The notes under the pieces: generated by a model | Seen by the model: the letters and a program-made list of their open reading frames with translations, nothing else | Databases searched by the model: none | What the model was told of the DNA's origin: nothing | Program-made: the position numbers and the translations under genes | NCBI GenBank assembly: GCA_907165135.1 | Contig: OU015567.1 | Coordinates: 2,356,001 to 2,420,000, forward strand | Length of the DNA: 64,000 bases | Direction of reading: 5' to 3' | Origin: Oikopleura dioica | Taxonomy: Eukaryota; Animalia; Chordata | Shown here: positions 1 through 13,244 of the stretch, piece after piece | Layout: every line of letters starts with the position of its first letter | How positions within the stretch are numbered: position 1 is the stretch's first letter

Positions 1-2328
1 CTGGTTCTTCTGTGGCCTTTCCCACATTCTGCATCACAAGATGTCCATCTTGTCCAGCTAGACCATTTTGGGCAAGATTGATTTTTGCATGAGTCTCGCT
101 CTTCTAGTTTTTCTTGCTCACATCCTTTATCACCAGGCTCTCCATTCAAACAGGGTCGTTCGCGAAATCTTAGACCTTCGAAAATAACCAAAAAGAACTG
201 TGATAAACTTACCTCCTCCACAAGTCTTTGAGCATTCCGACCATTCGTACCACTCAGCTGGATGCGGGCAGCCGTTAAAAACACACTCCCTCGTTTCCTC
301 GTACTCCTCCTTGATATCACAACCATCATCTCCCGGATTCCCTCCAACACATGTCTTCTCTCTGAACTGTTTTCCCTTTCCAAGACATTGTGCTGCTTCG
401 CAAACAGACCACTGATTCCAACTCGACCAAGTCGGACAGCTTTGCGTATTACAACTCGCTAGTTCTTCAGCATCTTCTTCTTTACACATATTTTTGTCAA
501 TTATTTTTCTTTTCCAGTTCTCCGGATCGCTAGTGAAAGCCTGGCAAGCGCGATACCGATATTTCTGCCCACCACCGCAACTTTTCGAACAAAATGACCA
601 CTTGGCCCATTGGCCCCAAGGAGCCCACTGCTTCGGTTCTTCTCCTGGACATAACTGGGTATTACAGTGTTTTGCGTCTTCATCCGCAAGGGGTGGGGGA
701 GTCGGTTGGATGGGCTGAGGGGGTTGAGTTGGCTGCGCATCACTATCTTCTTCGCCTTGAGGAGTCATAATCTGTTTTGCGACTTGATTTGCTTGGATTG
801 AAGACATAAAGGAGTTTGCGTACTGCCCTCTCATGCTCACTTCTCCATTTGCTTTTGCATTGTCGAGCTGTTTTTGATACTCTTCAAGACTCAATGAGCT
901 ACAACCAATGTCACCAACTTTTCCATCGATGCATTCTCGATTTCGTTTCATATCCCCTCCACCGCAAAGGTTCGAGCAAGCTCCCCACTCTCCCCATTCC
1001 GCCCAATAAGGACAAGGTCCTGTCGCGCAAGGCTCTTCTTCGTTCTTTTCTCCGTCGCATTCAAGAGTCATATCATCTGGCGAAGAACACTCCCTGCTTC
1101 TCGATCGAGTTCCACCAAGACATGATTGGGAGCAAATTGACCACTGAGACCACTCGGTAAAATATGGGCATCGTATATTTGTAGCGCAGAACATTTCAGA
1201 TTCAACATCTCCGGTACATCCATTTTGCCCAATTTCACCATGCTCGCATGAGCGGGAGCGAGTTTTGACGCCATTCCCGCAGGTCACGGAACAATCGGTC
1301 CATTGCGTCCAGAAATTCCACCTGTTTTGAGGTTCTTTCATGCGTGATCAAAGAGAAATTTAAATAAAACGAACTTTCAAAACTTTCTACTTGTATTTTT
1401 GAGTTTTTTAAAATGAAAAATCTTTTTTTTCGTTTATTTTGTTAAACAAATATATATGATAAATTATCAAAATTTCGTTATCTGGGAGATTTGTAACCTC
1501 AACCTTGGACATGGATTCGTCGAGCAGAATTGATCTTCAACCTCTTCGCCGCGAGAACAAGTTCCACTTCCTTTATTAGATTTCTTGATTATGAAATGAG
1601 AACACTTAGGTTAGTGAGGAAAATCGGTGCGTTTTAAGCAACTCTTGTTCTGATTCTTATCAAACTGAAACCTTCCTACAGGACCGTGAAGACATTCTCT
1701 TCTTCTTACTTTCGAAATTCTTTATTCAATAAAATGAAAATTCTGTTTTTATAGCGGTGAAATTCCTCATTAAAATCGTTGACCTACCCGCATTTTTTAA
1801 CTGTCATCAGAACATTCAACGCTAAAGAAAATAAAGCCAAATCATAAAGAACATTCCTTGTGAAGCTCTCAATCCCATCGGATCTCTGCAAGTAACGGGG
1901 CAATTTGTCCAGTCCTGCCAATGTGCCCATTCTGGACAAGGCCTCAGATTGGTGCATTCTTTTGTCCGACTAGATTTGCCTTCGCACAAGTTTCTTGGAT
2001 TTTTCGCAATTTCATTCGTCTTCAAATCTTTGCAAACACGCACAGCAAGATGCACTCCTTTTCCGCAAGTTACATCGCATTGCGACCAGTACTCCCACTG
2101 CGCCCAGTTATGAGTACAGTCTTTCAAGCGCGTATTACACGGTTCCTCCTGAATTTTTCCATCTCTCGAGCAACTGTTCAAGCCAAAAATATCTCGCCTG
2201 CAATCTCTAGTTCTAGTTCTCACTCCTTTTCCGCAAAACACAGCCGAACAAGTTGACCAACTTTCCCATTCTTGCCATTCTGCTTTTGCGAATTGAAGTA
2301 AAAGAAGGAAAAAAGCTTGCATTCTCAT
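1..2328 (-). CDS. Secreted multi-thrombospondin type-1 (TSP1) repeat protein, 3' end beyond window; multi-exon
   Basis: Signal peptide MRMQAFFLLLLQFAKA followed by at least 10 WxxWxxCSxxCGxGxxxRxRxC repeats across ORFs 1822-2328 and 130-1341, small exons near 1660-1700 and 1503-1571, and a further exon running to position 1. Confidence 0.88.
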
Positions 2329-2951
2329 GAGACTTTTTCATAGTAAAATTGTTATGAAATCGAAATCGGAGCGTTTTCCAGTGCATACCGCCGCCGGGAA
2401 ACTGACAAAACGGAGAAATTCTGGAAGAATCTTGTTTCCTGCATTTTTTGGTTCAAATTTTCAAGATTTTTACTCGTTTTCATGCTTTTTGACAAATAAA
2501 TATCGTTCATTTTTCCTGCTAAACTTAAAAACACGCATAAAAGACACGATTTTAATATTTTAGAGGCAGTTTATTGACTTGTTCAAGTTGCAGCATTCAA
2601 TAAGTAACCTTTATGATTAGCGGTGACTACTAATTAGCATCATTTTCGACTTCGTTTTAGCACAAATGTTTGAACCCCGCTAATACTAACAGAGTTTCCC
2701 TGAAAGATTGTTTTTTTACCATAACAGTTTTTTTCGTTTAAATAAATACATCGTGAAAAATATATAAGAAAAGAAAATAAGGAAAAAATAAGAAACTTTT
2801 TAAAGTGTTTTTAAAGAATTACAAAAGGGATAGAACTTTGAACTTTGAGTTGAATTAGAGGACATTTAGGACTAGCAAAAAAGTGTTGAAACTTTTGTTT
2901 TTCGAAAGCTCTAGAAATCAAAAGGAGATCAAGAGCGCCAGAAAAAGGGGC

Positions 2952-5900
2952 TTAAGATTTCATCTTCTCGAGTCCGTGCGGATTGGAGGTGGTGGTGGAG
3001 ACATGGAAGAGAACGTCAGCGATTCGGTTGTGAATGGTAGGCTGCATGATTGAGCTGGAAAAGAGCTGCGCAAGCTTGCACTCGAAGAGGAGAAGGGTTG
3101 GATGAGAGGCCTCGTCTTTCGAGATCTCGGCGACGATTTCACTCGCCATTCCTTTCGTGTGGCTCGAAACGTCCTAAAAGGCGAATAAATTCTTGAAAAA
3201 GGATGAACCATTACCGGAGAAAGAGTGTCGATGAAATTGACCAATGAAGCGATCGCGTTTGGCAGTTTTAGGACAAAAGTCGTCAGCTCCGTTTCTGGCA
3301 CCAGGAGCTTGTGGAGCAGCGCTATCGACATTTCCGCCAGGATCAAATTGAAATCCTTGAAGAAAATTGTAACGACTTGATTGATAAATTAAGGCTGTTG
3401 ATTTACCTGATTGAGGTTTTCAAAGAGCAACTCGACGATTCTCTCGAGCCGGTCGAACGGGCGGGTTGATAGAATCATCCCGACGTTGTCCTCGTTCATG
3501 CCGAATTTGAGCAGTGTTTCCAGCGCAAGTCTAAAGGAAGTTTATTTCTTATCCGAGTCGTTCTCTCCCTACCTATAAGTCGACACAGGCTCCGTGACAT
3601 AATCCGTCAGCGATGGAATATCATTATCCATCGCCTTGTACGCCGCGCAGTTGAGGAAACAGGTGATGATCGGCTCTGGCGCGTCGAGCTCGCTGAGATT
3701 GAGTTCTAGCGCAACATTCGAGATGAACACGAGCGCGTCATCAGTCAGCTCCTTCATCAGTTCTTTCTTCCACGACACTTCGATCGGCGTCACGTGGGTG
3801 CTCTCAATTAGCGTAAAATCGCCGAAGAAACGCGACCAGTACTCGTCCGTTTCTACCAACCACTCTCGTGGATCCTCAGGAGTCGATTTTTCTTGGTCTT
3901 TCTTCTTGACTTCGAGTTTCGCACTTTTTGAACTTTTAGATATGTTTTCATCATTATCATTTTCGTTTTCTGTTTTTAAGTTGGCTTCTTTTTCGTCTAT
4001 TTTGCTGAGCTCATTATCATTAGTATCAGTTTTAAGTTTCTCGGCAGGTTCTTCTTTGATTTGTTTCTTCAATTCTTCTTTTTCGGTCAAGTAATTCAAG
4101 TTTTCGCATTTCGCTGGAGAAGACGGAGTCTCTGTAGTCTCCTCGGTACTCTTGGTGTCGTAAGTTTTCGTCTCCGACTGAGTTTGAGTCTCTCGATCGA
4201 GAACGCTTTCGTCCCAGAAGTATCTTTCTGGAAGGACGAATTCAGCGTGGCGTTTGCATCGTCCACGGAGGGTGCGTTCTCGCTCAAGGAAACAGGAGAC
4301 GAGTGAGATGATCTCTTCGCTCCGAGCCAGGGTCTTCCAGTTTTGAGGGTTGAAGGATAGGTTCCGCAGGATGGCGAAAAGGCAGTTCTATGATATTTTA
4401 TTCATCATTCTGAATTTTTCGTCAAATTCTTACCAGTCTGGAGGTAAGCATAATCGGTGGCTGGGCGAGATTAAGCACCGGGTCTTCGTCAATCTCGAAG
4501 AAGTCCGCCTCAGTATCGTCGTCATCAACTGCCGTCAGAGTTTCTTGAGAGAGCGAGATCTTTCGACGCTTTAGATCTGCAGCCGCATATCCCCAGCCTC
4601 CAAGTTTTTCAAGTTTCTTGAAATCTTCTTCTTGCTCAGAAGTAACTGGGATGCGTTTTTCGCCGTCTGGAAATGGAATGAAAATGATGATTCTCTGTCT
4701 ACTTTTTACCTGTTCCGAGCATGTAGTGTGTCGCTTTTTCCAATTGATAGGCGGGCTTGGTCCATTTTGGAAGAAAATCGGCGGCGACTTCTGTATCAAG
4801 AGGTAGAATAATGCTCCTGTCGAAGGAATCGTCATCATCTCCGTCTTTGATCCCTTGATCTTCCTCGTCCGGGAGAAGATGTCGCCCGAACTTTTTCTTT
4901 TTAACGCGGACCTGCTTCTTGGAGAATTTGGAGCCCAATTTGGATTGTTGAACCTAGACAAAACGCGTGAAAATGGATAATTAATTGCATTTCCCAAACC
5001 TCTTTGAAGTTGATTTTGTAGAGCTGCTCCTCCTCGGGAGTTAAGGGCTTCTGTTTAGGCTGGGCTCTGGCACGTTTGACGCCAGCTTGAGCCGCCTTTT
5101 CGGGGAAAATAGCGTTGAGGACGACGCGCAAGTGACTGGTGAGTAGGTTTAGCAGGCCTTGAAGAGTGTGTAGACGCAATTGTGGCAGTGTACAGTCATC
5201 CCGTGATAGGACGAGTAATAAATTAAGAGCAGATGATGTCTGAAAACACTTGTTAACCCACTGTTACATTGGAAGGAAAATACCTCAGCGGGTAAGCCAG
5301 ATTTGAGCGGCATCATAATATGCCTCCAGAAGTCGACTTCCATCTGGCTGCGGCTAGACGTGACCCTGTAAAAGGGCTGCGCTTCCGTTCGCTCGATGCA
5401 TCCGGCTGGCAGATTAACCTTTCTTCGCCCAGGGCGTAGTGCCTAAATTTTTCCATAGAATGCGGAAAGGGGGGAATAGAAAGATGATTTGAAAATTAAA
5501 TGACTTGATTTTTAAATATAATCACCAACATGAAGGAAGAAGAAATGGTAAAGATGACAACACCTTATGTTTTTTCATTTGTAAATTGAAAGTTGTACAA
5601 ATGACACCGATTTTCATGAGGAATCATATTTAACCTGTTCAAGTTCGGAATTGGCTGCAAAAGAATGAACCTGATGGGGGTTTTGTCGAGTTGGCGTGGC
5701 ATGAGGTTGAGAACCGGCTCCTTGCTGGGGCGGCATCGCTTGGGGATGAGCGCTTGGTCGACGGTGTGGAGCACTAGAGAGAAGAGAGCTTTATGGGATC
5801 GAAATTGTATAGAAAATACCTTGGAGAAGCACCAGTTGGAGGACCAGCAGGACGCATTGGTGGTCGATAACCTCCAGGAGGCATTGGATAAGGTCCCTGC

Positions 5901-8900
5901 CCGTAACCAGGTCTGGGAAACGGACCGGAAGGAAAGCCAGGCCTCATTCCAGGTGGAAAACCGCCCATATGAGGCGGACGTTGGCCCATTTGCGCGCCAT
6001 GCTGAGACACTTGAGGATAACCAGGTTGTCCTCCCCAGCCAGGGTACTTAAAAATCGGTTGAAAATCAAGAATCGCGATCTCAGAATCTTCATCTGACTC
6101 CTCAGAGTCGCTACTGATGATAATAGTTTCGCTTATCGTCAGGTGAGAAAAAGGGACGAGCAAACTTGTGATACGACCCGCGTTTTTCGACATTTTTTTG
6201 ATAGAGAAACTGGTTCTTTGGCATGGAAACAAAGATTCTAGAGATGATGATTTCAAAATTACCTGTCCAGGCATTCCAGGCGGCCTTGGATACGGAAATC
6301 TCGGCGGAAAGCCTCCCTGCTGCGTTGGCTGCCCAGTGGACATCACTTGCGGCGGCGGGGTCATTCCCGGATTCGAGCCAGGCGAGGCCGTGTTCCGTTC
6401 AAGCGCATTTTCATCCGCCTTCTTGCTCCTTCGCTTGTCGCGCTTTCGCGTTGTCGATTCAACGATCTTTCGAATTTCTGCCTCATCAATTTGTCTGTGC
6501 TCTCGGCGGCATTCAACCTGAAATTCAAATGAAAATCTATCTTTGGCTTTTCTCTCTTTTGATACGTCATTTCTAATCGAACGCTTTTTCTTTCTTTCTC
6601 GGTTTCCTTTAGTTCTTTGCGTTTCTCGTTTCAAATTCTTCATTTCAAGATAGTTTAGGAACTCACCTCGAAAAGGTATTTGACGTATTGTTTTTTCAGC
6701 GTGAAGCCAGCGGAAGGAGACACTTGGAAATTCAACCCTCGGACGACATCAGTCCATTCCTTCTTTTTCGTTATCTATGGAGAGCGTGATGTTAATAGAG
6801 AGACAGAGAAGCATGTCTTACCTCATTCATTCCTCCTCGTTTCTTGACGAGGTTGTAGAGTTCGAAAAGATCGAGGGGTTGCTGATTGAACATTGGCGGG
6901 CCCTTGAGTGGCTGACCCTTATCTTCATGAAACTTAATGACAAAGTCGATGAATTCACGACGCTCCGGCGACTCGGGTTGATAGAGAACGGCGAGTTTCA
7001 TCGTGGCCTTGGCCGTTGATTTACGCGCCACGGGCGTTTCTGATCCGTGTGAGCTGGCGACGCTTGGAGGACGCGGCGGTTGCGGCGAATTTACGTTATT
7101 TACAGAGTCATCGCCTAAAATGTACAGTGTCACTACAGTAAATCTGAGATCTATCGTCGTTATCAGGGTGTCTAATTTGGACGGACAAAATCGGATTGGA
7201 TAGTTGGATTGGCCTATTTTGGAAAATAGCTGGAAATTGGTTGGATCTGGCCCCGGTTTTTGTTGGATATTTCGGATTATTGGGCATTATTGGATAGTTG
7301 GGATAAATTGGAAATCGGGGCTAAAAGGGGCAAATTGGCGGCCAAAATATATTTGAATACTGGAAAATTGTAGGGCAACCAGACGAATTAGCCCTTTTGA
7401 TCAAATTTTTACCAGAAATACTCCTAAATTAACCCGAGTAATGACTACAATTAGTGGAATATGTGTACTTTTGGGTCCAAAGAGCAATTCTTAAAGTCAT
7501 TTTTTAGTTTGTTAGAGAAGAAATAAGATAATATAAACCGGAAATATTTTTGGAGAGTAAACTTTGTCGGATTTTTATCGGATCCGGATTTTTATTGGAA
7601 TCGGAAAATAATTGGAAAGTTGGCTAAATTGGGGAATTTCATAATTAGCAAATTATTGGAATATTGGGCTAAATTGGAATTGGATTGGATTTTGGCCGGA
7701 TCAAACCCGAGAAAAAATTATTGGCCGGAAAATGGCCGGCCAGACCCGGAAATTTTGTCCAATTTAGACACCCTGGTCGTTATTGATCAAACACGCTACT
7801 GATTATTTGAGCAGCTACAAGTATTTTGCTTCTGAATCTTACCTAAAGAACTGGCGGGCGACATGGGTCCATTCTCCTTTGGTTCCGTGTTTTTACTTGG
7901 AGTGCCCATTCTTGCCAAAGGTGAGCTCATCGGAGGACCGTGTTGCATCGGCATTCCAGGGCGTTGAGAAGGATGACTTGCTGGAGGAAAGCCATTCTGC
8001 GCGGGGAAGCCTGGGCGCGAAGGAAACATCCCTGGCGGTCCGCGGTAAAAAGGAGGCCTCGGGTTCATCCCTTGGGCCTGTGCCTCGCGCACTGCGGCTT
8101 GCGCGGCGGCCTGTGCGGCGGCTTGTGTGGCTGGATCGCTTGAGCCAGCGGCACTTTGCTGCGAAGACGACGAAGGAGGATTACCCTGCGCGGCGCCTGG
8201 CATTCCTGCTCCGGGGTACGGTTGACGGTAAGCTTGGTGGCCAGCGTAAGGGTGTCCGGCTTGAACTTGAGGATGATAGCCGGGGTATCCCTGAGGTGGG
8301 TAGCCAGGGCGAGGAGGGTAAGGACCGGGATAGCCGTTGCGATAGGCCGGGTGACCGTGAGGATAGGGCATTGGCTGGCCAGTGGTCGGATGGCGCATGA
8401 ATCCGTGCTGAGCAGCTCCTGGCTGTCCGGGACCGGGAGCAGAAGATGAAGGCTGCGCTGGAGCTCCTGGGCTCGGCTGGGCAAAACTCATCGGTGGCGT
8501 AGCCGCTGCCTGTTGCGATGCGGGCGGTTGCGCGGGCGAAGGCGACTGCGGCGGATGACCGTTACTCATCGGACTCTGTGGCGGAGCAGGAGAGGAGGCT
8601 GCTTGCGGCGTGGCCGGACGCGCCATCGGCGACTGCATCATGTGATTGGGAGGCATAGAAACTGTTTTCGGCGACTGAGCAGGCGGCGGTGGAGGGTTTA
8701 TAGTGGGCGAGCCGTTCTGAGCCGCAGAAGCAGGACTGGATGTCGCTGGAGACTGTGGTCGAGGCTGCCCGGGCTGCTGGGCTTGTTGTCCATGCTGGGG
8801 ATGACCGATCGGAGCTCCAGATTGACCGGGATGAGGAGCTCCAGGTTGACCAGGATGACCAGGGTAGCCCGGATGAGCTGGGCGACTTTGCATTTGCTCG

Positions 8901-9217
8901 TGGTGGGATGCGCCGTGATTGTAACTCATTGGGACCGGTCGGCTCATTCGTGGCGAGTTGAACATGTGTGCGCCCATCATGTGACCTTGATGTGGCGGAT
9001 AAGGCATTCCTGGGTGAGCGGGATAGGCGGGTCTGTTTCCGGCCGTCCATGGCTGTCCAGGATACGGAGCTAAAGGAAGTTTAGGAAAGAGTTAGATACG
9101 TTTCTTAAAAGAGCGGGAGGAAGGGCACTTACGTCGAGGGTAACCATTTGCGGGCTGCTGGAGCAGATTATTGAGTGTTGGCGCATGTTCTTTTCCACCT
9201 GGCGGAAACTGGGCGCT
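2952..9217 (-). CDS. ARID1: ARID1/osa (BAF250) SWI/SNF subunit, multi-exon; 5' end unresolved
   Basis: PTLNNLL motif (about 9170), Pro/Gly/Gln-rich region (7796-9060), ARID domain split over 6792-7133 and 6667-6777 (ERREFIDF...LDLFELYNLVKKRGG...KKEW...TLKKQYVKYLF), and BAF250_C motifs MMPLKSGLPAE, ALETLLKF..NVGMILSTRPFDRLE, AEMSIALL, FECKLAQL..IADVLFHV. Confidence 0.92.
7164..7775. mobile_element. hAT-type MITE in an ARID1 intron
   Basis: 19-bp TIR CAGGGTGTCTAATTTGGAC / GTCCAATTTAGACACCCTG with 1 mismatch; 8-bp TSD GTCGTTAT at 7156-7163 and 7776-7783. Confidence 0.9.
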
Positions 9218-10428
9218 CTAAAAAAGGATCAACGTTAAAAGTGGATTATGTAATCGACGTGTTTCTAGTAGCAGATTTTGTGACGCTTCTTTAAATGAAC
9301 GTGAAGTGGGTGTTGTTTTGGTTAAGCGATAAGAGGGCTCTCTGAGGGGCGGATTATGTAAAAATTCCGCCGTCGCACGTTGCGCCGTGTTGGCCAAGCT
9401 GCACAGAGCTAATTTATTTAACCGAGGCCCGTTCAACCCGGAATTTATGCAATTAGACTAACATCATTCTTTCGCTCAAGGGGCCAAGTTTATGCAAAGA
9501 CGAATTATGGTGAAGTAACGATTGGAATTGTGCTGTTTTAGGACAAAATAACAAACTGCTGAAACAAAAAGAAAACTATCAATATCGTCATAATTCCTAA
9601 CTAGAACGTTTCTTCAATATGAGCGAATATTTGAAAACAAATAAGTAGGTCACTTTGTTCTTGAGTTGAAATGAGGTTGAAAATTTGGTTTTGACCCTAG
9701 CTTTTCAAAATTAACCAATAAAATGGTCATTTATTAACAAAAATCGACGTAAATCGAGCGAGATAGATGATTCATCTAATAGCGAACGATGAACTAGACG
9801 CGCTTTTAATTCAATCATAAGACTTTAGTATAACTGGACGAGTTTTCAGGAAGAATATGGGAAAGATCCACCAACGAAGGAGCTTTCAAACGATTTGAGA
9901 TTGGTCTTGCCCTCGTAAAAATAACTCAGTAAAGCGTCTAAATACTTTCCCAAAATAGGAGCCCTCTGCGGAGCAAAATTGCTCAAGGGCCCCTCAGTTT
10001 TGGCATCAATTTTACAATATTATGCCTCAAACTTTTGCTCCAATGGAAAATATCAACTCTATAAATTTGTAATCATTTGAAAGCCCAATCGTATTCCTCT
10101 TGTATTTGGCTTTTAAACAGCTCAAAATTTATTATGAAGAAACAAAGTACTCGATGCTTTTATTGGAGAAATTCAGTTATCCAATAATTTATGCTCACTA
10201 ATTACATCCATCAATGAATAAGGATGAAAACACTGTTCTATTACTGTTAAACGTATTTCTTTGTTGTTAGAAGTAACAACTTGGTACACATTTTAAAAGA
10301 ATAAATTTGACCATAAATTAGGATTAACAATTAAAACCTTAATGATTATGAATCATAATTTATGGTCAATTAATTCTGTTAAAATGTGTATCAAGTTGGT
10401 AATACCAACAACAAAGAAATTCATTTAA

Positions 10429-10762
10429 GGACCCCCGTCAACAATTTTCTAAAAATCTATTTTCGGAACTTCAAAATTTTGACCCCGGAAATGGATTCTA
10501 CGGGTCAAAAAACGATTTTGAGGCTTCATTTTTTGGGGGTCTATCTCGACTCTAACACCCTCAAAATCGCGTTTGAAAATCGGACTTTTTGACGAAAAAT
10601 GACGAAAATGACCAAATTTTGGTTAAATTTTAGATTTTTATTGGTCAAAAAGGGCTTCGAACAAGTTTATATGATGAATGAAAGTTCCAGGCACACTTAG
10701 AAGTCAAAATATAGCTGTTTTGAAATTTTCGTTTTTTTAGGGAAATTGTTGACGGGGGGTCC
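10429..10762. mobile_element. MITE with GGACCCCC TIR flanked by TTAA
   Basis: TTAA|GGACCCCCGTCAACAATTT ... AAATTGTTGACGGGGGGTCC|TTAA; internal sequence is strongly similar to 33288-33626. Confidence 0.88.
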
Positions 10763-12588
10763 TTAACAATAATAGAACACGATTTTATTAATAATGATGA
10801 TAAAATTCATGCTCCATTAATATCTTGTTAGTTTTCTCAATAATCTATTTAATATGAGTTCTTTTTACTTGAAAATTAACTTAATTTGAGCCTTCTTTAT
10901 TGACAAAACGATTCTCGACCAACTTAATTAGAGCAAATTTATCCAGAAAAATGTGTACCAGCAACAAAGAGATGATCTAATAAAACAACTCAACATTCAA
11001 AGAACAAATGTTCTGTCTTCGTTCGCTGCATCAATCATCTGCTAGGCGAGTTAAATAATGTACAATTTATAGTTCACGTTTGAGCACTTAATTTTTATCC
11101 CCTCTCTGACTCGTCTGGATAATTGATGGCTGGATTAGTGAGCCAAAAGAGGCTGGGTTCATTTGCGTTCAATGAACAAACTTGCGTTGTATCGAATTAA
11201 CGACTTGTTTGACCCAATTCTGCTTGAATTATATAACTCAATAAATCAAGAGCTCATGTTCTCGTGTTCTTGCTGTCGTCTCAAGTGCTCTCTGACACGG
11301 AATTAAAATGACACAAGTGGCATTGAAAGTGTTCCTTACCAATTAAAGCTGCCCAGATTCTTGACAGTTGTGAGGGTAGCGGATAAGGTCAAGTGTCAAA
11401 ATCTTTGCTTAGCAGGTAACGATTAATGCTCCCGATTGGCGTTTTTATGGCCCTGAAAAGAAGCGACATTGTATTTTTGGTAAGAACCAATGTTTCTTGT
11501 TTCCATTCAGGGGTAAAATTCATACTGTATAACGAAAAATTATCATATTTCACAGAAAAGAATATATACTAATGATAGTAAACGTATGATAATTTATCGA
11601 TAATTAACATCATTTATGGCCTCCTTTTCTTGTTGTTGCGTCATAAAAAAGCTGTGGGAAAACTGAAAGAATCAAGCAGTATTCAAGTTCATTTCGGCTG
11701 TCGAAAAGTGAGCTTATCGGCGCGATAAGAGAGCTTCCACTTCAAACTTCGGAAGTGCTGAAATCCAAATACATGCTATCACCAATTTCTGAGCGTTTAA
11801 GTACGTCAGATATCTACACGTTTATTTGACAAAGACTTTTCCGGAGGAGACGTCTTCTCTAACCTGTTTACGAGAGGCTACCAATTCTTTGGCATTCTTT
11901 TTGTGACTCATTTTTAGCTAAACGGTCTTAAATTTGATTTGTCAAAAAAGAAAAGCCGCGGAAAGGCAGCTCAAATCAAATTTAAAGCCGCAAAAAAGAA
12001 CTTCAAAATGACTCAGAAAAGAAGAACCAAAGAATTGGTTCTCGTTCACAAGGAGGTTAAAAAGTAATGCTCCTATTACTCAGTTGTTTGGCCAAGGCTT
12101 TTCGAAGTCATTTTACTCGAAATACAGTAGCTTTGTCTACTGACATTCTGCGACAGTATGAAAAATCAAAAATTTTTTAAAACCAGATTCTCGATAATCT
12201 TTTCGCTAAAGAGCTGATTTTATTGAGCTGCGAAAAAACGCGGTGAATTGAGAAAATAGATCAATTAAGCCAGATGCTTACGTTGAGAAAAGGTCATTGA
12301 AAAACATTGACCCACATTATCCGCCGCAGACGCTCATCTTGGGACAAAATCAGTCTGGAAATTATCAATTATCGCAGTTCAACAAAGCCACAAGTTTAAA
12401 AGTTAATCCCGGATAATGATCCAACCGAAACAAGAAAAGAAATGTGAAGTTTAAATGATCTTTCGAGCCATCACTTCCGGCCGCTTTTCCGGATTGGGCA
12501 ATAATAATGTTTAAGGGCATCCAGCTTGAAAGAAAATTCGATTGCTAAAAATAGAAATAAGGGAGACCCCCTTATTTTTGAGCTTTAA

Positions 12589-13244
12589 GGACCCCCCCAT
12601 CAAGAATCGCGAAAATAGGGCATCTTAGTGAAAGTTTTTCTCCAAAACTATCTTAGCTAGACCCTTAATTTTAATTGCATCCTTTAGATCGAACCCTCTA
12701 CTGCAACCGTTCCCCTTAAGATGATCTCTCGATGCCAAATTTAAGGTTATACAGGCCGTTAAAGGTAAAGTTGCTTAGTGAACGTTTTTTTTGGGTTTTC
12801 GTTGGGGTATACCCTTAATTTTTTTTCATGGTGAAGTAAAGGCCCTAAGCTACGACCGTTTGCTTTTTGAGAGTTTTTTATCTACGAACTTAAGGAGGAC
12901 AGCCCCTTTTAAATTTTATAAGTCGAATCTAAGTCGAATTTCCAGATTTAAATTTTCAGTAATTATTGCCTAAATTGCCATGAATTACGTTTTTATACTC
13001 GTATTTATGATAGAAATAGTTTTTATGGTTGGTATACCCTTAATTACCATTAAAAAATAGCAAACTAAAGATTTTCATGAAATGTACAATGTTAATTTTC
13101 AATTTTTTAAGCCAATTTCTGCCAAAATTTTCTGTAAGATCAAAAAAATTTTCTGAATAAAAGTTGTTCCTCGTGGTCTAAACTACCCAAAAATGCAAAA
13201 AAATATTGAAAATTTTGACTTTTTTCATCTTGATGGGGGGGTCC
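12589..13244. mobile_element. MITE with GGACCCCCCC TIR flanked by TTAA (same TIR family, different internal sequence)
   Basis: TTAA|GGACCCCCCCATCAAGA ... TCTTGATGGGGGGGTCC|TTAA. Confidence 0.88.

Noticed and set aside
7783-9073. Several long plus-strand and alternative-frame ORFs
   Set aside because: Shadows of the GC-rich Pro/Gly/Gln ARID1 exon; no independent homology
10386-10592. Short ORFs within MITEs (also 12791-12973, 33280-33486, 60183-60377)
   Set aside because: No transposase motifs; chance ORFs in non-autonomous elements
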